A stretch of 63,188 nt of DNA, the filler included, from Welwitschia mirabilis (taxonomy: Eukaryota), in NCBI GenBank assembly GCA_051453625.1. It is 4 parts of one record of this genome, joined end to end, with 100 filler letters (N's around TTAATTAATTAA, not from the genome) between each part and the next. Parts side by side here need not be neighbours in the genome. Positions count along the whole stretch, not along the records: positions 1 to 19,466 come from JBOZIK010000001.1; positions 19,567 to 46,203 come from JBOZIK010000001.1; 2 more parts are not named here. One strand, written 5' to 3'. Below are positions 13,180 to 26,680 of this stretch, one piece after another (the first letter of the stretch is position 1; every line of letters starts with the position of its first letter). The notes under the pieces were generated by a model, which did not search any database, had not been told where the DNA came from, and saw only the letters and a list, made by a program, of their open reading frames with translations. Both the position numbers and the translations under genes were made by a program.

Positions 13180-14125
13180 TACTTGAACAATATTCTCTGC
13201 ATCAATCTCCTCAATGCATTCTATAATAACTTTAAATAATTATTTACCATCTTTTTCATGCTTTAATGCATCTATGCTCTTTAAAAACATTATTACATAT
13301 GCATACCCAACCAAAAAGTCAATAAAGTATGACCTCTCTTGTCTTCACAACCATCACACATAAACCTGCAACCCTTTTCTTTTCTTATTTCATAGTAGTT
13401 TTGTAATATGCCATTAATGTTAGGTTTAACTTAATTAAACAATTTTGTTCTTACCTCAAAATACTTTAGGATTTGAAGCTAAACTTACTTTATAAACTAC
13501 ATTACATATCTCTTTTAACATGGTAGTAGAATGAAAATGATTAAAAGGCAACATGTGAAAATACTGAATTTTAGTCATTCTTTTTTTGGCTTCATGCATT
13601 CATTTCTTCATTTATGGAGTGTTGTGACATGTGTAGTGTACTAATAAAGGAAAATATGAATTTCCTATTCCCCCGCCATTATAACTTCCACTTATTTGAG
13701 TACTTTCTTAGCTAGACATAAGTCTATTTGCTCTCTATCCTTTTTTTGAATCTAAGGAGGAAGGATAAACATGTCTTGGAATAACTTGAAGTGTGATTTG
13801 AGAAGAGTCCTCCATTGAAAAATTCTAATGATAATGAAATTGTTCTTAGTTTCATTTTTCAATAATTTCTTTTTCTTGATAAGAACTACATCTTCTTTTA
13901 TCCTTTTATGCGAGCATTATCATACACTCTTGCCTAATTTATTTAGTGATTTCACTTCTTAGATAATTGTCATAGACTCTTGCCTAATTTCTTCAATGAT
14001 TTTACCTCTTGGAACATGACATTTGCAAATATTATTTTCTTTGATTCTGACAACATGATATTTCAATCTCATAGTACCTTCAAAAACACTCATATCATAA
14101 AACCTACAAATAACTTCTATTTCCT
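13180..14125 (-). pseudogene. hAT transposase remnant (zf-BED and DUF659)
   Basis: Minus strand: BED-like VICRFYD...GTMRLKYHVVRIKENNICKC (~14120-14015), then GCRFMCDG and FLKSIDA...EEIDAENIVQ followed by a GTAA splice donor at 13182. Confidence 0.8.
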
Positions 14126-16745
14126 TTATTCTAAGATTACATCATTACGAAGCTTCATCTTTAGGATGAACCATCTTCAAGATTGAAAAGAAATGAATCC
14201 TGTTAAAACCATTAACAATAAAAAATAAAGCAATGGTAAGTATTAAAAAAATCTAAATGATAAATTCAAGGTTTAACAAGTACATAAAAGAGACTTATTT
14301 AAAGTACAAAATTAGAATAAACCATTTTTCTTCAAAATCAAATTCTTATTATACAACTAGAATATTAGAATATGATAAAATTAATTAATTTTCCAAAAAG
14401 AAGAATGATAAGTGCTTAAGAAAAACATCATGTTGATAGCAAACCCACCATTAAATGATAATTTTTTATATGTAAGTTTTATTATTATTTTCCTTTTCAT
14501 ATTCTCATTTTTCCCTTTTTAGTAATTAATAGTATGGTATTTTAAATTCCTTCTTAATCTTTTTAAGAATTTTGCATCTTGATTTTGGGATAGATAATGA
14601 AAGAGAATAAATTAACTTTACAAAATGGAAAGTTTTTGGAGAAAAAATGGTAGAGAAAACACATATCATCGCTTCAAATGAAAACTAAAATACCCATTTC
14701 AAATGAAAAGATCTTAGGTATTTTTTCATATAAGTTTGATGAAAAAAATGTTGTCATGGTTTGGTCAAGGAATATTACTTTTATTGGCCCATTAAAATAT
14801 TCCACTTTGAAATATAATGCTGAACCTTTGGTTTAAGATAAACTATCTATAGAAAGCAATGACAATGAGTCAATGATGGATTAGAAATTTCAATATTTGA
14901 AGTAAAGTGTTACACATATTTGCAACTTCTTCTTATTTGTGTATGATTTATGATTATTCACTTCCATTAAATTGTGTTCAAATTATAGTTTCTCAATTCT
15001 TTATAGGAATTTTAATAGAATTTGAAGGTGAAGAAAGGGATAATTTTAGTATTGACTAAACTAAAAAAGTTGAAATTATTTTAACAGCTTATATAGGTTA
15101 TTTTATTAGAGTTCCATCCTGGATGGCCTTCCTTTTAGGTATGCTTAAAAGTGGAGATATGTCAATAAGATATTATGGAAATTAGTTTATTGTAAAAAAT
15201 TTTTCATTAAAACATATTCTTGACCCATTCAGGTTGTTTTTTATTCCCATAAATCTGTCATATGGTGAAGATAATGCTTATTACTAATTAGCTAATTTTA
15301 AATTATTTCTATCCTAGGGCTTAAAAATAACTACCTCTTCTTTTATATTTTTCCAATGCAGTTGTAGGCATATAGTAATTGGTTTTTGGATGACCACCCA
15401 TATTTTAATATTTTCACATGAGCAGGTATTTTGATTCTCATGTTTTTTAAAAGGTGACAAGCATACTAAAAATACAAATGTTATGACACTTATTTATATA
15501 TTAAAACTCAAGATAAATTATTTGATGTATTATTACAAAAACATTATGGCTTGATTCAAATTAACACAAATGTTACAAAATGATATTGCAAAAAATGTAG
15601 AACTAAATTAGTTGATAATGTAGATGATTGTAAAGTAATGAAGCTTACCTCCCTCAACTCACTAGTACATTTTTAAAGTCCTTATTGAATCTCAAAGTTC
15701 TTGGTATTCTTAGTAATTATGGATTTCTTTCTACTTCTTTGTTATCTTGTTTCTTTCTCTATGTTATGTTTATTTTTTTTACATTGTTTTTCACTCTACA
15801 TATTTCTCTATTGCATAATTCCCTCTTTTGCATGATTTTATTTTTCCTTGCCTCCAAAAATGTTATGACTTACTTCAAAATTTTCATGATAAAAAAATAA
15901 AATTTTAGTTAGTGACATGTCACTGACTTTTTCAAAATTTTACTTGAAAAATTTATCACAATGATAATGTTTTGATAAAACATTTGTTAGGCTAGATGTC
16001 ATCCTTTAAAAAATAAAGTACCCTACTTTATCCTTATTACTGCTATTTGCAAACACTGTAATATTACTTTTCATCCTAAATTAACAATCTACTCCTATGA
16101 CTCCCATTGGTTGAGCTACCTTATCTTGTAACATATCTTTGATGAAGCTCTTCTAAATCAATAAGGCTCCCTTGTAAAACTTTATTCTCAATGTGAAATG
16201 CTATATTTTCTTAAGAAAGTAAACTCGAAGCCTCATCACATCCAAGAGGCTCTTGTTGCTTTCAGCATTCTAATCACTGTTACTTCAAATGAAGAGGCAC
16301 AAGCTGGTCCCTTACATATGGAGAGTTATTCAAAATATGAGAGTGCTTCTAACTTCAAAGCCAAATATAAATATTAATTTTCTCTCTCACTTATCATTTC
16401 ATTTTGGTTACCTTTGTTATTCATGTTGAAAGGGGAAGGGATATGTGATTTATAAATGTGGTGTTATTTGGATTTAGGTCTTTATGTATCTTGAATGCTT
16501 ATGCACATTTATAATGATTCTTGAAAATAAAGTACACTTTATGATTTAAAATGTCAATTATCTTTTTCTACAAATGAGCTCTACTTGTAATCACCTTTAT
16601 AGTGAATGAAATGCAACTCTATTATGTTACTTAAATTTATTCATAAGGCTTTGTAAAAGGAATATCTTAAAATGTAATTTTAATTTATGATAAATATAGT
16701 TTGAAATAACTTTATTCATTTTTCATCAAGATTAAAGATAAGGAT

Positions 16746-17890
16746 TATTAGCCTTTCTATTGCTAATTGATATCAAACTAATATATGTGATGATTATAAA
16801 ATAAAGCCTATGTTGTAGATCTTTTAGAATGAATTATGAAATGATGACAAGATCAGAAGACAATTAAAGATTTGGGTAGAATTTAATATAAACTATTCCA
16901 TCTTTTAAGGTTTTAACATTGGGTCAATCAATTTATTATGAAGGCAACCAAATATAGAAAGAGTTCTTTGGGATATCTTAGGTTGGAATGACTAAATCCT
17001 GAGGTTGACTAGACCTAGAACTTCTCTAGAAGACTACTTCAAGTGGGGGTGATCAGAGCCTTCATCAGATTAATTGGATTATATGAAATGAAGAAATTAT
17101 TTTTGATGGGCTTGCTTAAATATCCCATGAGTTCAACCAGCCTTAAGGAGAATCATACTTTTGAATCTATTTCCTAACCATTATATTAATCTCAGTATTG
17201 GTTAGTAATTTCTAGACATGCATGTATATTGTAAAGACTACCCCTCATACTTGACATGCATATATAGCAAAGGAGAATGCTATGGTGCTCTAGCTTAAGA
17301 GGGTTGGACATGTTTATTTCATAAATGAAAATAGCAATATTATCTTTTGAAGTCTATTTTAATGCTTTAAATTCTTTAAGGCTAAGTTAAAAATAATTTA
17401 ATGTAATGGGATTAACATTTATTGATCAATAATGAAGTAAAATATGTTGAAAAAAAGTGAAACCAAGGCTTCACCTTTTTGTTATGTTCTATTTTTTTAA
17501 ATTTTTATTAACATAAAGTCTCTACCCTTGAAATGTTTTCAATGGATAATTATTATTTATCTTATGGGAGCTAGAGCTAAATCAATATTAGCTCATGCTT
17601 ACTTTAGGGTTTTAACCCTAAAATAAGTATCTGAAAAGAAGGCATAAGTTGGAGGAAGACATATAAGATTTTTGATCATAACATTAGTTATTGAATTGAT
17701 TTTTTCAATGTAATGGAAGATTATCTTGTGTTGTGCAGATAGGGTAGGAAAGGCTTAAACCACATTAATCTTTGTATCTATTTTTAGTATTGTTTTTTAT
17801 CTTTGTGCTTCTATTTTCTACATTGTTTTTATAATAATTACCATAAGAGATAGGGTTTGTTTTGATAACTAGTTTAAGAAGCCTCTATTT
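16746..17890 (+). mobile_element. Degenerate Sirevirus/copia-like LTR
   Basis: Decayed PPT-like CATCAAGATTAAAGATAAGGA upstream. GGTTGACTAGACCT-type motifs like those at 42260-42780, and a copia U5-like GTAGGAAAGGCTTAAACCACATTAATCTTTGT. Boundaries are approximate. Confidence 0.35.
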
Positions 17891-18141
17891 TATGATGAAA
17901 GCTGAGAAAATTAATTCAAGTGAAGTAAAGTAGACTATCATAATGAAGTAAGCAAAGCATATCAAGCTCACATTCACATGATGCATGCAAGTTTGAAATT
18001 TTTAAGCACTTGTACCATCATATCTTATATGTCCATACAATTTTTCAACATTTATGGCCATCCATATTCTAGTGTCAATAAAGTTTTTAGTTACACACCT
18101 AACATTTTGTTTTAGTGGGAGCTATTATGCATGATGGAGAA

Positions 18142-18680
18142 GATAATGATTCCAATTGAAAAATATGATAATAGAAATTATTCTCTTTGGAAGATCAAGA
18201 TTGAGGACTTGCTGTATAAGTAAAATCTTGAATTAATCATTTAGGAAGTATGAGACCTACTTCTGTTATAATTAATGAATGGAATAAAATAGACTAAAAG
18301 GCTCTAGCAGTTATTCATTTATGTTTATATGGCTTTATTCTTACAAATTTGTAAGGTGTACAATCTACACATAAGCTATAAAACAAACTAAGATGCTATA
18401 ACAAGTAAGGAAAATAACAAATCAAGTCTTTCTTCATTAAAAATTGTGCAGTTTAAAGCTAAAGGAAGTAAAACCATTTCCTAGTACTTATAAAGGTTTA
18501 ACTTGGTTATTTTATAAATGGCTTCTATAGGGATGCAAATCTCTAATGGGAACAACACAATGACTTGTTTGAGTTTGATGCCTAAATTACTAGTTAGCTT
18601 ATTATTTAGTAGTAATACACTATGTTAATTGAACTTTGATGACGTAGTTGATGTGTATTGGATGAAGAACTCACAAATAC
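18142..18680 (+). pseudogene. Ty1/copia gag remnant (Tnt1/Tork-like N-terminus)
   Basis: MIPIEKYDNRNYSLWKIKIEDLLYK, resembling KFDG.NF.LWK..IEDLL. Followed by KALAVIHLCL and KLCSLKLKE segments with stops. Confidence 0.75.
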
Positions 18681-19466
18681 TTATAATGGATTTATATGCA
18701 TATCCATTAAGACTTATTTTACCACTACCATGTTATCTAATAGTTGCACTACCAATTTATGGTTATTTGATGGGGTTTTATGAGTTATTTTTGTAGGACT
18801 TTTACATAGGTTTAGATGCAATTCTGATGATTTTGGAGATACAATAGGAAATCTTGGCTAAAAAATATGCATTTATTAATCAGATTTGCTATGTTAAAGA
18901 CATATTATATAGCATAAAGCTTTGGAGAAGGATTATTGATAAAAATACTAAGTTTATCTTTTAAAATATCATTAACAAGATCATTGTCCCCTCTGTAATT
19001 CCCACCACAGGTAGGATGATGAGGTTGCTGATCTGAACTATCAAATCACTTATGAGTCATCATTCTGAGTTACCTTTTGTAATGAACTATTGTTCCCTTG
19101 TCTTCCAGACTATCTTCTAAATGACACTGACATGTAACTGACTCTAACAGTGATTCTTGACTATTTTGTTCATTTTATTTATGTAAAAGAGCGTATCTTG
19201 TCATGCCTTCTGTTTGTCATTTTCTATTATAAGTTGTTATAAATAAGTCTTCTTTGACTCTCCTTCTCATCTTTATTACATTGAAAATTATCATGAGAGG
19301 GGATTGAAAGATGGGAGATCCATATTGAGTGTTGCAAAAAGACATGCCCTTAGTGGAGAGTTGTGTATCCTCCATTGAGACTAGTATATTTTATAACTCA
19401 GATGCTTATTACTTATTCTTATTATAAACTTTGTTTTTTTTTCATGTTGTCCCTGTTCTAGTGATA

Positions 19467-19566
19467 NNNNNNNNNNNNNNNNNNNNNNNNNNNNNNNNNN
19501 NNNNNNNNNNTTAATTAATTAANNNNNNNNNNNNNNNNNNNNNNNNNNNNNNNNNNNNNNNNNNNN
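19467..19566. other. Artificial assembly join (N44-TTAATTAATTAA-N44); also at 46204-46303 and 59216-59315
   Basis: An identical 12-mer giving stops in all six frames is centred in three 100-nt gaps. Confidence 0.95.
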
Positions 19567-19783
19567 AACTTTTAATGAATATTTAAAATTATTAATAAAA
19601 AACATAAGCATAAACATATCCTTTTGGAAACTTTTTTAACAAAATCCAAGGTACTTAAGACTTTGGAAAGTTATAATAAGAAGAAAATAAAAATGAGTCA
19701 TCCCTGGCAAAGTCTTTCTAGCACAATCCCTCACAAATTTAGTGTTATAAAAATCACTTATTTTTAAAGATTCAAGAGTAGCC

Positions 19784-20230
19784 ATGATGAATGTTACTTT
19801 AGAGGGAAATAAAAAGATTAGAAAAGCCTTAATAGACATTGGAGTAAGTGTTAACATTATGCCACTTCATATTTTTAAGAAACTTGATTTAAAAGATAGA
19901 ATAGAGCCTACTCCAATTGTTTTAGAATTAGCAAACACTTCAGTTAAGAAACTGTTTGGCATCATTAAATATTTGGCAATACAAATTGAAGAGGCTTGCT
20001 ATCTAATAGATGTAATTATCATAGAAGTTAAGCATAATAGAGGATATCCTTTACTTATAGAAATATCCTTTTGTGTAACAGGCCATTGCATCATTAACAC
20101 AAGATCAGGAACAATGAAATATCACTTTGAAAATAGAACATTTTTAATTAGAGTCTTTAATATAGCTAAGAACAATTTAGCTGATGATATAAACATTGAA
20201 GATAACATTAAACCCATTTTATTTTTATAA
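19784..20230 (+). pseudogene. Retroviral-type aspartic protease domain of Athila-like unit 1
   Basis: The 148-aa ORF contains KALIDIGVSVNIMP (DLGAS-type active site), LELAN and PLLI..FC. Homologous, more broken copies occur in the other three units. Confidence 0.85.
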
Positions 20231-22813
20231 CATCATCCATTTGAAGAAAGAGAGATGACATCATGTGAGCCTCTGCTTTATCATAAATGATTTGAGATTG
20301 AAGAAATCATTGATACATCCAACTTTAAGATTGAGAAGAAATCTTTAGTATGCAAGGAAGTCCAATTTCTAGATTTACACCTTAAGGGAAATTATCCTTA
20401 TATAAACAATATGAAAATCATTATTTTAGTTTGACTTTAAATCCTTCTAATGGACTTGAGTATAATTTTCTTTGTGATATACAAAATAAAACTCTTACAT
20501 TCAATAAAAGTCTTTTACTAAAATTACCATTACTCTCTCTTTTAAATTCCAAAATTTGTTCTTTAATGTGGTATCATAGAGTGTTACCATTATCCCTTTC
20601 TTCATCTAATTAATTTTACTTGGAAATAATTGTATAAACTTTTCTATTTTATTAATTGGTAAACTTTTGATTTGGACCTTATTTCTTTGAACATATTAAG
20701 ACTGAAATAAATTCTTAACTTTCCCTTATTTTTTTTAATAAAAGTGTGAGTTAGATTTAGAAATTGAATAAAATTTATTTGCCTTCCTATTTTTTTTTAG
20801 CTTTCTATTGTGATAATCTCTGATTTCATTTTTTTTTGTTTTTAGTTTTGTTTCTATTTATAGTTTTTATTTATGTTTTTTCAAAAATAATGTATTGTCT
20901 CCTCTGCCATCCTTACAATAGACAGGACAATATTTAGTTTTGTTAGTTTTTTAGCTTTCTGATAATTTTCTGTGTTTTGTGATAAATTTTTTATTTCTTT
21001 GTCTTTGTCATCCTCTCTGTTATCTCAATGATGAGTGGGACGATAGTCAATAAAATCATGATTTTTATTTTTTATTATTTTGAGAAAATACATTTTTATG
21101 AATTTGTTAAGATTTCTAAATTAGCTGCTCAAGAATTTCAAGCTGTTGATGGATAAAATTTGGAATTACACAAGCAAACTGTCTAAATTTTCTCTTAGCT
21201 TTTTTTTTGAAGGTTATTATGCATTACTTGATCTTTTTTCAAACTTGACTTATGTATTTATCTCCATGACTAGTCTTTTGACTTGGACATTTTAGTGATA
21301 AGATTGGATTCACCCAATCTTATGATATTTACATGTCCATGAACTTCAATTTAAAGGAAGATGCTTATTTTTCTTAATGGTGAAAAGATCTTAGATTTAA
21401 TAATGTTATTTTCTATTTTGATCTTACAAATTTTACCTTTATCTTTTAAAATGTTTGGTTATATGAAATATGTCTTTTAAATTTTCTATCAAAAAAAAAG
21501 AAGAGAGTTGAAATAACACCATGATGCTTTATTTGTGATATTTTAAAAACATGATCATCATAATGTTCTACCATAAGTACACTAGGGTAAATATTTCTAA
21601 AAGAAGCTTTTGGTAGTGTAATATGATAGCTATGGAAACTCCACTGGGAAGTCAATTAGCCATCCTTCATAGGTCCTCACTTTTCTAATGATGGCTGCAC
21701 TCCCCTCATTATGGATAATAAAGTTGTAGTAAAAACTTTGAGATTACAGAATCAGTGGTGCTCTTGGTATCATCAGAGGCATTGCTTGTTTTCTAAACTC
21801 TTAGTTTATTCCACATGCTTATTTCATTTCTTAAGATTTGGGTGTTTGTTTTGAGATGATGATAAATAAGTTTATTTTTGAAGCCATCATTTAAGCTAAT
21901 CATCCATTTTATTTTTAGCATCATCATAACCATTGCCTTATCGAATGAAAATTTTCATACATTAAGTCCTGCATTTTTCACATTGAGTAATGTTATGATT
22001 TCTTTCATGGGAGTCTACTATGTTAAAATATCATATAGGTAAGCTATCTTTCATTTCTATTACCTTATGGCCATTTTTTTTGTTTTTTTTAATGGTTTGN
22101 NNNNNNNNNNNNNNNNNNNNNNNNNNNNNNNNNNNNNNNNNNNNNNNNNNNNNNNNNNNNNNNNNNNNNNNNNNNNNNNNNNNNNNNNNNNNNNNNNNNA
22201 TGGCCATTTTTTTTGTTTTTTTTAATGGTTTGGTTAGCTATTTCAAAGTTATTACCATATTTTCTTAATCATAATGCTTTTCTATTTGATTTTCAATAAA
22301 AGCAGATTGTTTTCTTAGTTGATTTTTCTTAATTAAATTTTATTTTTGATATTGCAAGTGCTGCTATTAATCATTCTTATGATGAAACATTTTTATTGTT
22401 CACTCATTTTCTTTACTTTTAGAATATTTCATAAATCTATATTTTTCAAATATAACATTACTCAAATTTGCACTTCATTTTAGAAAGTTATCCTCTTTCC
22501 CTGATTTCTCACTTCTGTCTACTTTTTTTGCTTTATTTTTTAATATGAGGCGTATTGCTTTTTCTCTGGGGGAACAAAGACCCATTTTCACGACTTATTT
22601 AAAAAAAATTTTAAGTTAATAAGTCTTTCATAAAACAAAATTTTCAAAAGTTTCATACATATTATGCATTATCTGTTATTTATCTATATGATGTATTTTA
22701 TGAGCTTATTTTATAATTTCTAGATTTATCCTTTTAAAAATAAATTGGCTCACAATTATGGTTTTTTTTACCTGGTTTTTATTAAGGACTGATAAAGGCT
22801 AAGTGAGGGACTA

Positions 22814-23899
22814 TGTTGCACTTCCAATTTTTAATTATTTGATGGGGTTTTGTTTACATAAGTTTAGGTGCAATTCTAAGGATTTCGGAGATACAATAAG
22901 AAATCTTGAAAATATGAATTTTTTACCTAGATTTGATGTGTTAAAGGCATATTATGATGCATAAATCTTTGAAGAAGGATTATTGATAAAAATACTAAGT
23001 TCTCCTTTAAAATATCATTAAGAATACCATCGTCCCTTCTATCATATCCACGATAGGTAGGATGACAAGGTTGTTGATGTGGACTACCAAATCACTACTG
23101 AGTCATCATTTTGAGTTATCTTTTCTAATGAGTTATTACCCCTCCTCCTTTCTGCCCCATTCCCCATCATTTAGATGATAGTCTAAACGATACTGACATG
23201 TGACTAACTCTGATAACAACCCTTGATCATTTTGTCTATTTCACTTATGTAAAAGAGTGCATCTTATCATGCCTTTCATTTTTTATTTTCTATTGTAAGT
23301 TATTATAAATAAGTTCCCTTTAACTCTCTTTATCATCTTCATTACATTAAAATTTCTTATAATGAAAAATCAAAGGGAGAAATTCATCTTGAGTGTTGCA
23401 GAAAGACATGCTCTTAGTAGAGGGCTATATATCCTTATTGAGACCTAGCTATTTTGTAACCCAGATGCTTGTTACTCATTCTTATTATAAACTTTATTTT
23501 GTTTTATGTTTGTATTGCATTGTATATTTTTTAATGACCCTTAAAGTCTATGTTTCCTTTAATCTAGTGATAATTTCTTAGATGATATAGATTATCAAAG
23601 GAAGTCTTTGTTAAGGCTGAAACTAAGTAGTATTAGTTCTATTTTGCATTTCATCTAGATCAATTTTATTTTGTATTTTGCATTATAATTTATTTCTTTG
23701 CATTTATTATTTATTTCTAGTTCTTATATTTCTTTTGCAAAGCAATCCAAGTATTGTCTTATAGTCTTTAATAGTAATATAACATTTTGGATCTACTCCC
23801 ACTCATACAAGTGTGTTATATTGTGTGAGATATTTATTTATTTTATGAATGATAGAATCCTTTTGAACTTAACCACTTGTACAAATACAAACCGTAATA
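22814..23899 (+). repeat. Internal shared LTR (~1.09 kb)
   Basis: Starts TGTTGCAC directly after the PPT AAGTGAGGGACTA (22801-22813) and is directly followed by a PBS. Aligns along its length with 35983-37048. Confidence 0.9.
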
Positions 23900-23902
23900 A
23901 AT

Positions 23903-23920
23903 TGGCATCATTTCCAGGGA
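23903..23920 (+). promoter_or_regulatory. Primer-binding site, tRNA-Asp type (Athila)
   Basis: TGGCATCATTTCCAGGGA is a CpG-decayed form of TGGCGCCGTTGCCGGGGA. A second copy TAGCATCATTTTCGAGGAA lies at 28848. Confidence 0.75.
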
Positions 23921-24369
23921 AGGCTATTGAGGAGTATAAGGGTTGTCATTATTTGGATAAGTATATTGAACCTCTGTTAAGTTATTTATCTATAGTGACA
24001 TTGTATTTTATTATGAACTATAGGTTTTTTATGTGCAAATTTTTAGTTTTAGTTTTTTAGATTTAGTTTTCTGTAGAAAAATAGTGGCCTTCTCCTCTGT
24101 TGTCCAGATGACCATCAGGATGATAGTATGCTATTTAAATTTTTAGTTTTTATTTTTACATTTTAATTTTTTCTGCAATAAATTTAGGCTTTATCATCTT
24201 TGTCATCTAAATGAAAAGTTGGATGATAATTGTATTTTATGAGTTTTTCACTATGTGTTCTTTTTTCTGATTCTACCTCTATTGGTGTTGTTATCATCCC
24301 CACAATAGATAGGATGATAGTATTGTTTTTTATTTATTTTCTATTATTTTCTATTTGCAGAATGTTGTA

Positions 24370-26680
24370 ACATGGTTAATCTTAATAAGAGATGTTAAAG
24401 AAAAAGGTTATTGATAGAGAAGAACATTAAAAAAGGACTGGTAGACATAAAAAACAAATCGAAAAAGCAATATCCAAGTTCACTCAATCCTTCTTTCAAA
24501 TTTATTTTTTCTAAATCATATTTTCTTAATAAAAACACTATAGAAGGAGAGAACCAATTTATAATGTTAAGTTCTACTTTTAAGCAAAAACAAGTTGTAG
24601 GATCTTCTACTCCTAATCCTAATGCAAACTTTACCCTGAGGGAATTATTAGCTAATAAGAAATGAGAGATTCAAACCCCTTTTGATCTACTCCCAGGAGA
24701 GGATGTTGAACTTAAAAATTTAAATGCCTATCCAACTTTTAGTGAAGAAGATGATGAGGATCCCCTCCAATACATAGCAGATATAGAATAAGTAATCCTC
24801 ACCTTAAGAAATGGGAAAAAAAAAATAACTAATAGAATATCTATGGTAATTCTTCCACGACATTAAATGGTAGAGTAAAAAATTGGCTAAAACCCATAAC
24901 CCATAAAAGCTTAAAAGCTTGGGAACAAGTCTAGAAAAACTTCATCAAAAAATTCATGAATGAAGAAACTATGGAAAAAGAAAAAAGGAGGTAACAATCT
25001 TTCAACAAATATTAAATGAAGATTATGCCTTCACATATAAACATTTCTTTATAGCAACCCATTCTAATTCAGTAGATGCTTTTTCATGAGAAGAATTAAT
25101 GACCTATTTTTACAATGGATTAACTCCCCACATAAAACAACTTGTAGATTTTTGTTTTAATGGGAATTTTATGAATCTTACACTAGACAATGCCTGGACA
25201 AAATTAGAAGAACTTTTGGAGATTAGTCAAACTTGGTCAATAAAAAAGAAAACCATGCCATATGTCAAATTATCAAAGAAAAAGAGGTATAATACAATCC
25301 TATAAATATCATGAAAAACTTTATAACAATCGTGGAGAAGTATGCTGAAATGATCTTAGATGCCAAATATACAGCCAAAAAAATTTTTTTACCAACTTGT
25401 AATTTATGTGAGGATAATTATCACATTACCAAAAACTATCCTCTTTTGCCAACATACGAAGAAAGAATTTGTGAAGAAGTTTGTACTTTCAACCAAACAA
25501 CTCAAAACATCCAAAACCAAAATGAGGTACAACTAAGGTTGAACACTCATTTTCAAAACAATTTGTAAACTTTTAGAAACTGACTCGAAAACACAAACTA
25601 CCCACCAAGTTTATCCAACTGCCAAGATCCAAATGATCCAATCACAAACCTTAGGAATGAAATTAGAAGATCACATAAAGAAATAAATGCCAAATTTGAA
25701 AACTTAATAAATGTTTTTTAACAAATAATATTAGCAAATCAAAGACCTCATGGAACATTAGCTATACAACCTTTACTAAATCCCACTGAAATGAGAAAAG
25801 ATTATAAGGTTGTGATAAGAAGCGGACAAGAAACAAACCCTTCTCCATATGAACCTTCTACCTTCCAAAATGATTTTAGAAATGATGAAGAAGAAGAAAA
25901 AGAGGACATTGAAATATTAGAAGATTACAACTTCCCTTCTCTTGAAAAAAAGAAAAAGAAAAATCCTTCTCAATAATAGCAAACCACCCCTTGGCTTGAT
26001 AGACTTAACAATAATTCAAACTTCAATGACCATCTTAAAGCCTTAATGAAAAATGTAAGCATAAACTTACCCTTTTAGAAACTTTTGCAACAAAATATAG
26101 GGTACTTAAAACCTTGAAAAGACTTAATAAGAAGGAAAAAAATCAAGTTATCCTTAGCAAAGGATTTCTAGCATAATCCCTCACAAATTTAGTATTACAA
26201 AAATCACCAAAATTTAAAGATCTAGGAGCAAAAATTATGATATTACTTTAGAGGGAAACAAAAAGATTATAAAAGTTTTAATTGACATTAGAGTAAGTGT
26301 TAAAATTATGCCACTTCATATTTGTAAGATACTTGGGTTTGAGGATCGAATAGAGCCTATTCCATTTGTCTTAGAATTAGCAGACACTTTAGTTAAGAAA
26401 CTATTAGGTGTCATGAAAGATTTGGCAATTTAAATTGAAGAGACTTATTACCCCATAGATGTGATTATCATAGAATTTTAGCATAATAGAGGATACCCTT
26501 ACTTTTAGAATGAGCCTTTTGTATAATAGTCCACTGCATCATTGACATAAGATCTAAAACATTAAAATGTCACTTTCAAAATAGAACGTTTATAATTAGA
26601 GTCTTTGACGTAGCTGAGAAAGATTTAGGTGATGAAATAAACATTGAATATAATATCAAACCAACTTTATTCCTATAACA
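24370..26680 (+). pseudogene. Athila-like gag-protease remnant, unit 2
   Basis: GEDVELKNLNAYPTFSEEDDEDPLQYI, YFYNGLTPHIKQLVD..NGNFMN, CNLCEDNYHITKNYP, VVIRSG and LIDIRVSVKIMP. Confidence 0.8.

Noticed and set aside
19511-19522. TTAATTAATTAA palindrome occurring three times
   Set aside because: Always centred in a 100-nt N run; it is an artificial six-frame-stop linker.
21546-21720. Known self-cleaving ribozyme (hammerhead or twister) in the conserved block
   Set aside because: No CTGATGA..GAAA core with proper stems. The ACACTGCCAA similarity to twister on the minus strand lacks the other motifs in the right order.
22067-22232. Direct repeat on both sides of a gap
   Set aside because: The contig ends overlap and differ only in homopolymer length; assembly artefact.
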